A stretch of 64,000 bases of DNA, taken from NCBI GenBank assembly GCA_021324255.1, contig JAJPJL010000050.1, forward strand, positions 2,836 to 66,835, given 5' to 3'. Shown in pieces: positions 18,410-27,561 of this stretch. Position numbers and translations under genes: made by a program. The stretch is from Bacillota bacterium. GTDB lineage: Bacteria; Sysuimicrobiota; Sysuimicrobiia; Sysuimicrobiales; Segetimicrobiaceae. The number at the start of each line of letters is the position of its first letter. The first letter of the stretch is position 1. A model generated the notes under the pieces. The model did no database searches and was not told where the DNA came from. It saw nothing but the letters and a program-made list of their open reading frames with translations.

Positions 18410-20926
18410 TTGGAGTGGACCCGGGACCGCGATCACACCGCCGGGTTAAGTCAAGACAGGCACCTTACCGGCGCCTTGTGGAGGGTATCACATGCCAAAT
18501 ATCTCGGCCTGAGTCTCGTCATATACCTGGGGTTCGTTGGTGCACTTCTAGTTGCATCAAGCTGTCTTCCATACGTCACCGACAACAATGAGAGTTTTTC
18601 AATGTGGGTGCACGCCCACAACATGGTCCAGTTCGGTGTGTGGCACGCGGCCGGATTGTCGGACGAGGCATACAACCCGGAAGCGGCTGCTCACCCCTAT
18701 GTGTACACGCATGAGGGCAACTTCCCACGATTTTTCGTTTACGCGCTCATGCGGCTCGGCATCACCAGCGTGGAGTGGCAGATTGCGGTCTCCGCCGTGC
18801 TGATCGGGGGCGCGACGATCTACCTGTGCTTCCGCTTCTTCTCTCGCTTAGGGTCCGATCTCTTCGCGTTTCTCGTGTGCGCGGTGCTCGCGACGGACTA
18901 CCTCCTCTTCATGCAATGGGAGGTCAACACGTTTCGCGTGTGGCAAGGATTGTTGTTTTTCTTGAGCCTGGTATGCGTTCAAGGGCTCGGCGGCAGGAGG
19001 TCCCGCACGGCGGGAGTGTTGCTGTTTTTCACAGCGGTTGCGCTCTTCTATTTCGAGATCGTCTTTGCGCTGTTCACGGCGACGATGGCTGTGTGCTACG
19101 CGCTCCTCACGTTTTGGCGGCGTTGGCGCGCGCCTTTCGCGGCTACCGTGCTGCTGTGCGTGGGAGCGTTCGTCGCAGTTGGCGGCCTGTTTATCCAGAG
19201 CGCGGTGCACCTTGGATGGAAGGCGGCGCGAGACGACATCGGTCTGACGTTCCTGGCCCGCAATTTCTACCGTCAGACGTCTACGACATCAGTACCCCTG
19301 GAGTTCTATGTCGCGCATCACATTGTGTATTGGCTGGACCAACCAAACACCCAAGGCCACCTTCATCTGGATGCGTTTCTGAGTACGATTGGAGCCACGG
19401 CGCAAATTGATACGCCATACCTGTTGTTGCTTGCTTGTGTAATCGTAATGGCATGGTTGTGTCGCCTGGGAATGCGCTTCAGGTTCCTCCATGGCTTTCA
19501 TCAACAGTCCTCGATTAGAAGCCAAGGGCCCGGGATCGCGGTAAGCGCGGCGTCTTCGTGCTTGCGGTGGCGGGCTGCAGGGGTCGGCGCGTTGTTGTTG
19601 GGCTTGTCGTACGCGATCGTGAGCATGGCCGTTCGAGCGGGGAGTCCGCTCCAGGGCGATTCGCAGACCGCTCAATATACGCACATTCCCGGGTTCGTGG
19701 CGCACTGGCTGGCGTTCCCCACGTCGTCCATCTCGGTAGCGACGATCGCCCTGGCTGCGGTCATCGCCTTTGGCGCATTGTCGTACGAAGCGCCGCTGAC
19801 CACTTTGCGGTGGCGCCGCGGCACTATCTCAATTGACGCCCAGCGTCTGTTCGCGTGGAGTGCTGACACGGCAGCGAGGGTTTCGCTGCAATCTTGCGCC
19901 CTCGTGGGGCTGTTTCTCTACCTGGCCGGCCACTATGAGAGCTTCCACGCACGACTGTACGGTACGGACAAAGCTGCATTGTGGATGGGCGCCATTGCGG
20001 GGTACTTTCACGATCGTGTACTCCAGGCGGGATTGATCGGCGCTGGACTGCTTGGGATGTTGATAATTCTGGACGGCGGACGATCCTACCTTCCGCTTCA
20101 CGCCGATCGATCTCTTGCGGGGACGCTGCGTTATCTGATTGCGGGCGCTATGGCGTTTATGATCGTGTATATGATCTTTCCCGGCTACCTGTGGGCCGGC
20201 TACGTGAGCCGTTACGCTCCCTTGCCGGTTTTCCTCCTCGATGTCTGGATCGCTATGTTCTTTTACGTTCTAGTGGCCGTCGCATGGGACAGCGGCCGAG
20301 ATGTTCTGGGCATCGTACGCCGGCGCGTCCATGTTCGCAACACGGCAAGTTCGCGCGGAGCCATTGTGCGACCGCATTTGTTTGCCGTCACATCAGTGTT
20401 GTTGCTGATCTTTAGTCTTGCCTACTGGGCGCGCGTGCAGACGGTGTACTTCGAGGCACTTCCGCCAACAGACTATTTGTTTGTACGACAATTGGCCCGT
20501 GCACCCTACGTGGGTGCCACGGTGATCACCAACAATTATGCGGCTCCGATCGCATACTACACGAGAACGTGGGCCTACGAGGACCCCCTTGTGCAGGACG
20601 ATAGGTACATAGTGAAAGGCGGACAACCGATGCATGTTATCGCAGGATACTATCTCTGGGAAGCTGATCGTTTGCAGAATTCGGCGTATACTCGGCCGCG
20701 ATACTACGTGTGCATTACGAATCCAGACTTGAGTTTGGCCGCAGATCTCGTGGCGCTCCGGCGAGGCGAACGACTTGTCAGGTGTTCGGGCCAGCCCATC
20801 GTGCGGAATGCGATGGCGTCCATGGGACGGTTCCACAATCGCCTCATTGCCCGGGATCCCAGTCCGCGCGATCTTTGGGCGATTGTCGAGCTCGACACGC
20901 GAGTCCCGCTTACGCCACTACACTAA
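18410..20926 (+). CDS. Large polytopic membrane protein, family unrecognised (GT-C-like architecture), paralog A
   Basis: 838 aa with hydrophobic helices along ~650 aa, then a ~190-aa C-terminal soluble region. Conserved blocks shared with paralog B: PYVTDNNESFS, AHPYVYTHxGNFPRF, IYLCFxFFSxxGDxLxAFLVCAVxATDYxLFMxWE, YFEIVFAxFTA, GxLHLDAFLxT, IFPGYLxxGYxxRxAPLPVF, YWARxQxVYxExLPPT, YYTRxWAYxDP, YxWEADR, RPxYYxCxT. TTG start 18410. Confidence 0.6.
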   Translation: MEWTRDRDHTAGLSQDRHLTGALWRVSHAKYLGLSLVIYLGFVGALLVASSCLPYVTDNNESFSMWVHAHNMVQFGVWHAAGLSDEAYNPEAAAHPYVYTHEGNFPRFFVYALMRLGITSVEWQIAVSAVLIGGATIYLCFRFFSRLGSDLFAFLVCAVLATDYLLFMQWEVNTFRVWQGLLFFLSLVCVQGLGGRRSRTAGVLLFFTAVALFYFEIVFALFTATMAVCYALLTFWRRWRAPFAATVLLCVGAFVAVGGLFIQSAVHLGWKAARDDIGLTFLARNFYRQTSTTSVPLEFYVAHHIVYWLDQPNTQGHLHLDAFLSTIGATAQIDTPYLLLLACVIVMAWLCRLGMRFRFLHGFHQQSSIRSQGPGIAVSAASSCLRWRAAGVGALLLGLSYAIVSMAVRAGSPLQGDSQTAQYTHIPGFVAHWLAFPTSSISVATIALAAVIAFGALSYEAPLTTLRWRRGTISIDAQRLFAWSADTAARVSLQSCALVGLFLYLAGHYESFHARLYGTDKAALWMGAIAGYFHDRVLQAGLIGAGLLGMLIILDGGRSYLPLHADRSLAGTLRYLIAGAMAFMIVYMIFPGYLWAGYVSRYAPLPVFLLDVWIAMFFYVLVAVAWDSGRDVLGIVRRRVHVRNTASSRGAIVRPHLFAVTSVLLLIFSLAYWARVQTVYFEALPPTDYLFVRQLARAPYVGATVITNNYAAPIAYYTRTWAYEDPLVQDDRYIVKGGQPMHVIAGYYLWEADRLQNSAYTRPRYYVCITNPDLSLAADLVALRRGERLVRCSGQPIVRNAMASMGRFHNRLIARDPSPRDLWAIVELDTRVPLTPLH

Positions 20927-20994
20927 ATGGCATCGTACGGATTCGCGGAGGCTTGCAACCCTGAATCGGCCGCGCCCACGGCTTGGATAGCGGC

Positions 20995-23178
20995 ATGGCA
21001 AGCGCAGTAGGGAGCCAATCGAGGTTCGCTCAGCTTGACGGTCTTCGGTGGCTGGCCGCGCTTTCCGTCGTCGTGGCCCACTTTAACCCCGTCCCGCTTG
21101 CCCCGTCTCCCAACTTCTCCCACGGATTGTTTACTGCCGTTTCGCAATTGTCGCTGGCCAACCTCGGCGTCGTCTTCTTCTATGTGCTTTCGGCATTTCT
21201 GCTCACATTTCTCGCTGTGCGCGAACATGATCGAACCCGGCGTCTCGACACGCGGAAGTTTTATGCGCGTAGAGCGTTCCGCATTTGGCCGCTGTATTTC
21301 GTGATATTGGGTTTGGACGTGTGGCTGAGCAGGCCGGGATCCCTCTTTGCGGTCGCGTATTCGTTGGACCCTACCCAATGGGCTTGGGTCAAGACGCACC
21401 TCCCATACTTTGTCGGATTTGTGTCAAACTGGAGTCTCGCTCTTAATCATGTGTCGGGATACGTGGATCATTCATCTCCGCCATTTGCAATTCTATGGAG
21501 CATTGCCGTTGAGGAGCAATTCTATGTTCTCTTCCCGCTTTGTATCTATTTGTCGTTGCGCTCGCACGTTGGTCTTCGCCGCCTGATAATTGGAGTGTCT
21601 GTGGTTGGACTGCTGTTTCGACTCGCCTTCCGGTACGTGCCGGTCAATCCCGGCGATCTTGGCCCCGCAGGGGGGATGTACTATGCGACGCTGAGCTACT
21701 GTGATGTATTCCTCGTCGGTGGGATTGCGGGATGGATCGCTGCACGCGGTTCTCCGGAGGAGGCCGGATGGGTGCGGGCACTGCGCTGGCCAGGCGCCGG
21801 TCCTGTGATCATTTTGGTAGCCGCCGTCGTGAGTACGTTGTGGCGTGGACAACTTTGGTATCCTTACGCGATCTACAGCGTGCTCATATATCCGTTCACT
21901 GGCGCCGTTTTTGCCGCGATCATTCTGTGGACTATTGCAAATTCCGGAAGCGCGCCGAGTCGCTTGCTGCAGTGTGCGCCGATGGCTGCATTGGGCGTCA
22001 TATCGTATGGGATCTATCTGTGGCATCCTATTGCTGCCGCAATTGTAAGATTCAACCTCGGAGTTCTGGTGCCGGATAGACAAGCAAGCGTCGATTTCCT
22101 GGCAACGATGTCGTTTTGGGAGTATCTGGCGGCAACAATTTGCGGTGCAACCCTAACGTACATTACTGTAGAGCGACCCTTCTTGAATCTGAAGGAGCGG
22201 CTATGGTCAACGGAGCAACATGCGACCGCCAAAGCGGGGGCTCCACTATCTGCGACGTGGGCTTTGGGCGCCGGCATTGTGAGCGTGTTGCTCATAGTCG
22301 CCTGTGAAGTTGCAATTCGCGCACATCTCGGTGTGTTTGCCCAAACAAGGCTTGCATCATTGGCGCCCGTGACACTGAAGAGCATTCGTCCCAAGGATAC
22401 TGCCACGATGAGGGCACTCTTTTTTCCCACTACACAGCAAGCGGCGTTCGCGTACGGAACTCCATTTGGCGGAGCCGGAGCTGCTCACTCTGCAATGGCC
22501 ATTTTGATTGGCGATCCTGGTATCATGTTCTTGGTCCAATCCACGGGGCGTGTCGCCAAAGTGATGGTGCCGGACGGGCAGAAGATACTCATTCAAAACG
22601 TTGGCGAGTGGAATAGTTTGACCTCGAGCCTCAGTGGACTCTATGCGACGTCGCGACACGCAAGGTGGGTGATTGACGAGGGCGTTATGCATCCTGTGGT
22701 GCAGAACGATCTTGGGCCGGGTCGGGGCGATGGTATCCCTGGTCTTTGGGTCAGTCCGGGAAACGCGACGTACACCATCAAACGTATGCACGATCGAGGA
22801 GAGTCCTTTGTAAGGGTTACTGCGTTGAAATCCAGTTCGTACTTGTCGATCTCCGGGACGGCCCCGCTCAGCCGGCTTGATCATATGCCGGTCTCAATTC
22901 GCGGGCGGATACGGGCACACAGCAGACTCGGCCACATGTCCCTGTCCCTGTACGATGTCGTCGCCAAAGACGGACGCGCTATGGATCACCGGACGGAGAC
23001 GACGCCGAGGGATCCATGGACGACACTGACTGTTGGGACCGACCATTTTGTTGCCAATACAGGGAGTAACTACTCAATCGGCTTGGTCGGCGTGCAAGCG
23101 GGCGATTGGTTCGATGTACGAGAACTGGACGTCTTCGTAGGTCTCCTACCTTTGGATCCGGAGGTTGGGACGCCATGA
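20995..23178 (+). CDS. Acyltransferase family 3 (OafA/YrhL-like O-acyltransferase) with a ~350-aa C-terminal extracytoplasmic domain
   Basis: FAQLDGLRWLAALSVVVAHF...YVLSAFLLT...RRAFRIWPLYFVIL are hallmark AT3 segments over ~10 TM helices. The C-terminal half is Gly/Ser/Thr-rich, beta-like, and has no GDS(L) SGNH motif. Start is ATG 20995 (TTG 20983 also possible). Confidence 0.75.
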   Translation: MASAVGSQSRFAQLDGLRWLAALSVVVAHFNPVPLAPSPNFSHGLFTAVSQLSLANLGVVFFYVLSAFLLTFLAVREHDRTRRLDTRKFYARRAFRIWPLYFVILGLDVWLSRPGSLFAVAYSLDPTQWAWVKTHLPYFVGFVSNWSLALNHVSGYVDHSSPPFAILWSIAVEEQFYVLFPLCIYLSLRSHVGLRRLIIGVSVVGLLFRLAFRYVPVNPGDLGPAGGMYYATLSYCDVFLVGGIAGWIAARGSPEEAGWVRALRWPGAGPVIILVAAVVSTLWRGQLWYPYAIYSVLIYPFTGAVFAAIILWTIANSGSAPSRLLQCAPMAALGVISYGIYLWHPIAAAIVRFNLGVLVPDRQASVDFLATMSFWEYLAATICGATLTYITVERPFLNLKERLWSTEQHATAKAGAPLSATWALGAGIVSVLLIVACEVAIRAHLGVFAQTRLASLAPVTLKSIRPKDTATMRALFFPTTQQAAFAYGTPFGGAGAAHSAMAILIGDPGIMFLVQSTGRVAKVMVPDGQKILIQNVGEWNSLTSSLSGLYATSRHARWVIDEGVMHPVVQNDLGPGRGDGIPGLWVSPGNATYTIKRMHDRGESFVRVTALKSSSYLSISGTAPLSRLDHMPVSIRGRIRAHSRLGHMSLSLYDVVAKDGRAMDHRTETTPRDPWTTLTVGTDHFVANTGSNYSIGLVGVQAGDWFDVRELDVFVGLLPLDPEVGTP

Positions 23179-23209
23179 CCGCCACCCGTGAGGTCCTATT
23201 GCGGTCACC

Positions 23210-23956
23210 CTAGCCGGGCGCACGCTGTGCTTGACCACCGCCTGTTGCTCGCGACTTGCGGGACAACCCACAGTTCAGTGGCGCAATTGCCGTAGAAATG
23301 CAGATCAGATTTGTCGCAAAACACTGTGGACCGAGTTGACGCAGCACGTTCTGGCGCGATGGAGGGAATAGGGTCAGAAATGTTCTGCGATCAAGAAGGT
23401 TCAGGTTATCAATCTCACTAAAGTATCCTAACCCTATGCGCTGTAGCACTTCTCGGTAGGCGGCGCTTGGCAACCAGTGAAGCAACGGCAACATAGTGTG
23501 CACGTCTAGGGGAAACCACTTGTTCGGCGTGGTAAACACCACGCAGCGACAGACACGGCACACTTCATGAACTAAGCGTGCCTGCTGTTCGCTGGTGCCT
23601 GCGTGCTCCACAACGGCATTACAGATTCCGCAATCGAAATACAGATCCGGGAGTGGAATGTCTCGAAGATCGGCTTCTAGAAAGGTCAACCCGGGAAACT
23701 CGTCGGGCAGCCAATGCGCCCCTTCGCTTGCCCGCGCGATGGCGGTGAGGTTCCTACGATACGGATACATCGCTTCGAAGAAATAGTGGGCGGGGTGCGA
23801 ACGGTGTCCCGACACCCCGAAATCAGCGACTAGCGAGTTTGAGTTCGGGTTGCATTCCTGCATGAAGATCTCGAAGATCCTGCGGCGGGCGCGCAGCGCG
23901 AGGCCATCTCGGACTTTATTCAGGATGCCGAGATTGGTGGTGTAGGTTAACGGCAT
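23210..23956 (-). CDS. Putative class I SAM-dependent methyltransferase
   Basis: SLVADFGVSG is motif I-like, DCGICNAVVEHAG is post-II-like, and VFTTPNKWFP is typical of the Methyltransf_11/23 region. Lower-GC codon usage. Start is ATG 23956 (MPLTYTT); TTG 24010 is the alternative. Confidence 0.5.
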   Translation of the reverse strand: MPLTYTTNLGILNKVRDGLALRARRRIFEIFMQECNPNSNSLVADFGVSGHRSHPAHYFFEAMYPYRRNLTAIARASEGAHWLPDEFPGLTFLEADLRDIPLPDLYFDCGICNAVVEHAGTSEQQARLVHEVCRVCRCVVFTTPNKWFPLDVHTMLPLLHWLPSAAYREVLQRIGLGYFSEIDNLNLLDRRTFLTLFPPSRQNVLRQLGPQCFATNLICISTAIAPLNCGLSRKSRATGGGQAQRAPG

Positions 23957-24012
23957 GGACGTCGCATTATCGCGAACACTCAAGACCGGCGCTGTGCCGA
24001 CAGTTCTCAATC

Positions 24013-24046
24013 GTAATACTTGTTCATGCGTAATACTTGTTCATGC
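24013..24046. repeat. Perfect 17-bp direct tandem duplication (GTAATACTTGTTCATGC x2)
   Basis: Read directly: positions 24013-24029 and 24030-24046 are identical. It lies in the divergent intergenic region between the minus-strand methyltransferase and paralog B. Confidence 0.9.
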
Positions 24047-24227
24047 AGTTGCCTCAAAGCCCTGCTTCACTGGCAGATCGGCGCTGAAAGGACGCACGGC
24101 TTGCGCACGGTCCATAGCGATCGGACGATAGCGCGTGGATCGGCGCCCTACCGCGAAACGTCGCCTCCGGATGTTCGGGCGCGGGCACTCGCCCTGCAGT
24201 GATCGGCAGCCAAACGGATTGCATCCA

Positions 24228-26702
24228 ATGACGATGAAGCTGCGGGGCAGTTTGCCCGACCGGCCGTGGTGGTTCGGAACGGCGTCCGCGCGCTACCTTG
24301 GGGCGAGCCTTGGTCTGTATGTTGGGCTGTTGTTCGCGCTTCTCATCTCATCGGGATTCGTCCCGTACGTTACCGATAACAATGAGAGCTTCTCCGCCGC
24401 TATCCATGCGCGGAACATGATGCGTTATGGGCTCGGCAACGCGATGGGACTGGCCGACGAGGCAACCGCAACTAGCCGGGCCGCCCACCCCTATGTGTAT
24501 ACGCACGGCGGCAATTTCCCGCGGTTTCCCGTGTACATACTTCTGCATCTCAGGGTCGCGCGAATCGAGTGGCAAATTGCTTTGCTATCGCTCGTTCTCG
24601 GATGCCTCACGATCTATCTGTGCTTCGAGTTTTTCTCAAAAATTGGCGACAGCTTGCTGGCGTTCCTGGTTTGTGCGGTGTTCGCGACTGACTATGTGCT
24701 GTTCATGGAATGGGAGGGCAGCACTTACCGCGTGTGGCACGGGTTGCTCTTTTTTGCAGGCTTGGTCAGCGTCCAGCGCATCGGGGGACAGCGACGAAAC
24801 GTAGCCGCCGCGTTGTTATTCGCGGCCGCCGCGATTATCGGCTATTTCGAGATCGTTTTCGCGGCGTTCACGGCCCTGACATGGTTCCTATATGCGTTAA
24901 TGGCGTATTGGCGGCAGAGGCGCACGGCTCTGAGGGTGGCGCTAACTTCGGCAGCCGGGATCGCAAGCGGACTCTGTACGCTGTTCGCGCAGAGCGTGGC
25001 GCTCTTCGGTTGGGCAACGGCGCTGCAGGATATACGGCTCACTTTTCTGTCGCGTAACTTCTCCCAGCAGTCCTTCACCCCGGCCGGGGTGCAACGTATG
25101 CTGGCGTTCTTTCAGCAACATCACATCGTCTTTTGGATCGACAATCCTGATACACGGGGCTACCTGCACCTTGATGCATTTCTTCGCACTGTGGGGACCG
25201 AGGTCTTGCAGATTCACACACCATTCTTCGTCTTGCTCACATGGATCATCACTGCGGCCTGGATGGTCAAGTTCGGTTGGCGCATTCGAGCGATGCGGGC
25301 GCGCACCAGATCGGCGACGTCGACATCCTACCAGCGGCGGCGGACGCTGCAAACGAAAGTGGCTGGCGCAACGACGTTCGTGGTCATCACCGTGATGGCC
25401 TATGTGGTGGTGAGTCTTGCGACCAACGATCCGAGTCGCATGCCCGTCGCGAGCTACGGTGGCCTCCCCGGTTTCCCAACGCAACTCTTCGCGCCGAGGA
25501 CGACCACAACGGTTGCGGCAGTGCTGCTGCTGTTGTGGGCAGTCTACAGGACCGCGGTACGCGCTTTCACCCGGCGCGTGGTGTTGCGTCGTCATCTCGG
25601 TTTTGTCCTCGTTGATGCGCGCCAGGCTCTGCAGGCGGCAATGGTCGCCGTGCGCCACATGAAAATTGCTGCGCGGGAACTCGTCCTCGCCGCGACTTTG
25701 CTTGCCGTGGTGGCGGGGTTCGAACTGAACTACTGGCAGTTCTTCAACATCGATTTCGCCGCCCTATGGCTGTGGGCGATTGAAGGGTTCTTCGGTCCGC
25801 CTCTCCTCGAGGCGGCAGTTGTTGGATTCATCGCGTTGGGCCTGTTGCTCGTGCTGCGCAGAGGGCGAAATCTGCTCAGAGCACACCACGACGCGGTGTT
25901 CGTCGGGGCGCTACGGTACCTCGCAGCGGGGACGATAGCGTTCGGAATCGTGTACGTGATTTTTCCCGGTTATCTCGCGAGCGGCTATTTGGTGCGCCAA
26001 GCGCCGCTTCCGGTGTTCGTCGTGGACGTGTGGGTCGCCCTGTTTTTCTATGCCCTGGTGAACATCGTAGTGGAGAGCGGGCGACGGGCCGGCGTACTTG
26101 CCGGTGATACGGCCGGCGGCGGAAGGCGCGTCGCCGTTGCCAGCCCGCGGTTCGTGTTTCTCCTCTCGACTGGTCTTCTGATATTCGGGTTGGCGTATTG
26201 GGCCAGGGCGCAGTACGTCTACGTCGAAACGCTTCCCCCCACCACCGTACAGGGCCTCCGCCGCGAACTCATGCGGCCCGAGTATGCCGGAGCGACCTTT
26301 ATCAGCAACAATTATCCAGGACTTGTTACCTACTATACTCGAGCGTGGGCCTATCCCGACCCCACATTCAACGATGACGTAGTTGTTATGCGGCGCGGCG
26401 TCCTTTCTGCAATCATCGGCGGACAGTACATTTGGGAAGCGGACCGCGACGTCAACGAAGCCTATGCGCGGCCCGAGTACTATCTGTGTCTGACGATGCC
26501 ATCGATGTACATGGCAAGAGATGTCGCGGGGCTGCCGCCGGGCGGCCATTTGTCGAACTGCCGGAGTGATCCTATCGTCGAGGATGCCGCCCAGCATGTC
26601 GGTCCATTCTTCAACGTGCTCGCGGCTGAGGACCCCGGCCGGCGAGGACTGTGGGCGATTGTGCGGCTGGATCCCGCGATGACGGTCGAGTCCTTGCACT
26701 GA
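24228..26702 (+). CDS. Large polytopic membrane protein, family unrecognised (GT-C-like architecture), paralog B
   Basis: About 55-60% identical to paralog A over the N-terminal half and shares the same motif blocks. Start is ATG 24228/24234 (MTMKLRG); the track ORF begins at 24135. Confidence 0.6.
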   Translation: MTMKLRGSLPDRPWWFGTASARYLGASLGLYVGLLFALLISSGFVPYVTDNNESFSAAIHARNMMRYGLGNAMGLADEATATSRAAHPYVYTHGGNFPRFPVYILLHLRVARIEWQIALLSLVLGCLTIYLCFEFFSKIGDSLLAFLVCAVFATDYVLFMEWEGSTYRVWHGLLFFAGLVSVQRIGGQRRNVAAALLFAAAAIIGYFEIVFAAFTALTWFLYALMAYWRQRRTALRVALTSAAGIASGLCTLFAQSVALFGWATALQDIRLTFLSRNFSQQSFTPAGVQRMLAFFQQHHIVFWIDNPDTRGYLHLDAFLRTVGTEVLQIHTPFFVLLTWIITAAWMVKFGWRIRAMRARTRSATSTSYQRRRTLQTKVAGATTFVVITVMAYVVVSLATNDPSRMPVASYGGLPGFPTQLFAPRTTTTVAAVLLLLWAVYRTAVRAFTRRVVLRRHLGFVLVDARQALQAAMVAVRHMKIAARELVLAATLLAVVAGFELNYWQFFNIDFAALWLWAIEGFFGPPLLEAAVVGFIALGLLLVLRRGRNLLRAHHDAVFVGALRYLAAGTIAFGIVYVIFPGYLASGYLVRQAPLPVFVVDVWVALFFYALVNIVVESGRRAGVLAGDTAGGGRRVAVASPRFVFLLSTGLLIFGLAYWARAQYVYVETLPPTTVQGLRRELMRPEYAGATFISNNYPGLVTYYTRAWAYPDPTFNDDVVVMRRGVLSAIIGGQYIWEADRDVNEAYARPEYYLCLTMPSMYMARDVAGLPPGGHLSNCRSDPIVEDAAQHVGPFFNVLAAEDPGRRGLWAIVRLDPAMTVESLH

Positions 26703-26818
26703 TAGCGGTGGTCATCCCGCTTCCCCCTGTCACGATGATGTCGTAGCGTGCCGAGCTTGAGTCGCGGGAGGCATCGCACACGGAGCCGTGGATGGCACGA
26801 TATATGAGGAGGGCGAGA

Positions 26819-27445
26819 ATGGGATCACGCGAATTCGACATTTTGGACTCTCGTCTTGCGCGCGCGGACGCGCGGCTTCGTTCCATGTCGATCGCTTGGC
26901 TCGGAACGATGGTCGCCTTGATTGTCCTTGCCGTCACGATGGGACATGCCCACTCTCAGCCCGCACGGGTGACGGCGAGAGAGCTGCAGATCGTCGATTC
27001 GTCGGGGCGGACGCGGCTCGCGTTGTACGCGGCTCCCGACGGCACGCCCCGCGTGGTGCTAACGGGACGTGGTGGTATCCCTCGCGTGACGATCGGTGTC
27101 GGCTCGGACGGTGAGGCACGTCTCGGCCTCTACGATGCGAAGGGGCACCCGCGCGCGGACGTCGGCGTGGAGCGTGACGGAGCTCCTTCGATACGGTTGC
27201 TCGACGCAGACCGCAGGGCCCGGTTGGAGATCGGCACGGCCTCGGATGGAGCAGCTTGGGTGCGGTTTCTCGATGCCAGCGGGACCCTGCGGACAACACT
27301 CGATGCCGCGAGCATGGGAGCGTCGGAAATGGTGCTATATGACGCGGATGGGAGACGGCGTGTCGGCCTCGATGTGGCGCGCGACGGCTCACCGCGGATT
27401 GTCGTCACGGACGCGCATGGTCACGACGTGTTTTCGACGCCGTAG
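26819..27445 (+). CDS. Membrane-anchored repeat protein (about six 23-aa R-x-hydrophobic-x-DG-x-LxLxDAxG repeats)
   Basis: An N-terminal cytoplasmic tail and one TM helix (IAWLGTMVALIVLAVTM) are followed by repeated units (RVTARELQIVDSSGRTRLALYAAPDGTP / RVTIGVGSDGEARLGLYDAKGHP / RADVGVERDGAPSIRLLDADRRA / RLEIGTASDGAAWVRFLDASGTL / RTTLDAASMGASEMVLYDADGRR / RVGLDVARDGSPRIVVTDAHGHD). ATG 26819 follows GAGGAGGG. Confidence 0.5.
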   Translation: MGSREFDILDSRLARADARLRSMSIAWLGTMVALIVLAVTMGHAHSQPARVTARELQIVDSSGRTRLALYAAPDGTPRVVLTGRGGIPRVTIGVGSDGEARLGLYDAKGHPRADVGVERDGAPSIRLLDADRRARLEIGTASDGAAWVRFLDASGTLRTTLDAASMGASEMVLYDADGRRRVGLDVARDGSPRIVVTDAHGHDVFSTP

Positions 27446-27561
27446 CTATCGGCGGCGAGAACATATCTGCGCTCAATGCGAAAACCGGCACCGTGAAGGG
27501 CGTCGCGAAATATGTGTAGATCGCGCGAAACAGCTGGCTGCGGGTGCCGAAGGAGGATGCC

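Noticed and set aside
24013-24046. CRISPR array or other multi-copy repeat array
   Set aside because: There are only two copies of a 17-mer with no spacers. No other regularly spaced repeats and no cas genes are seen in the window.
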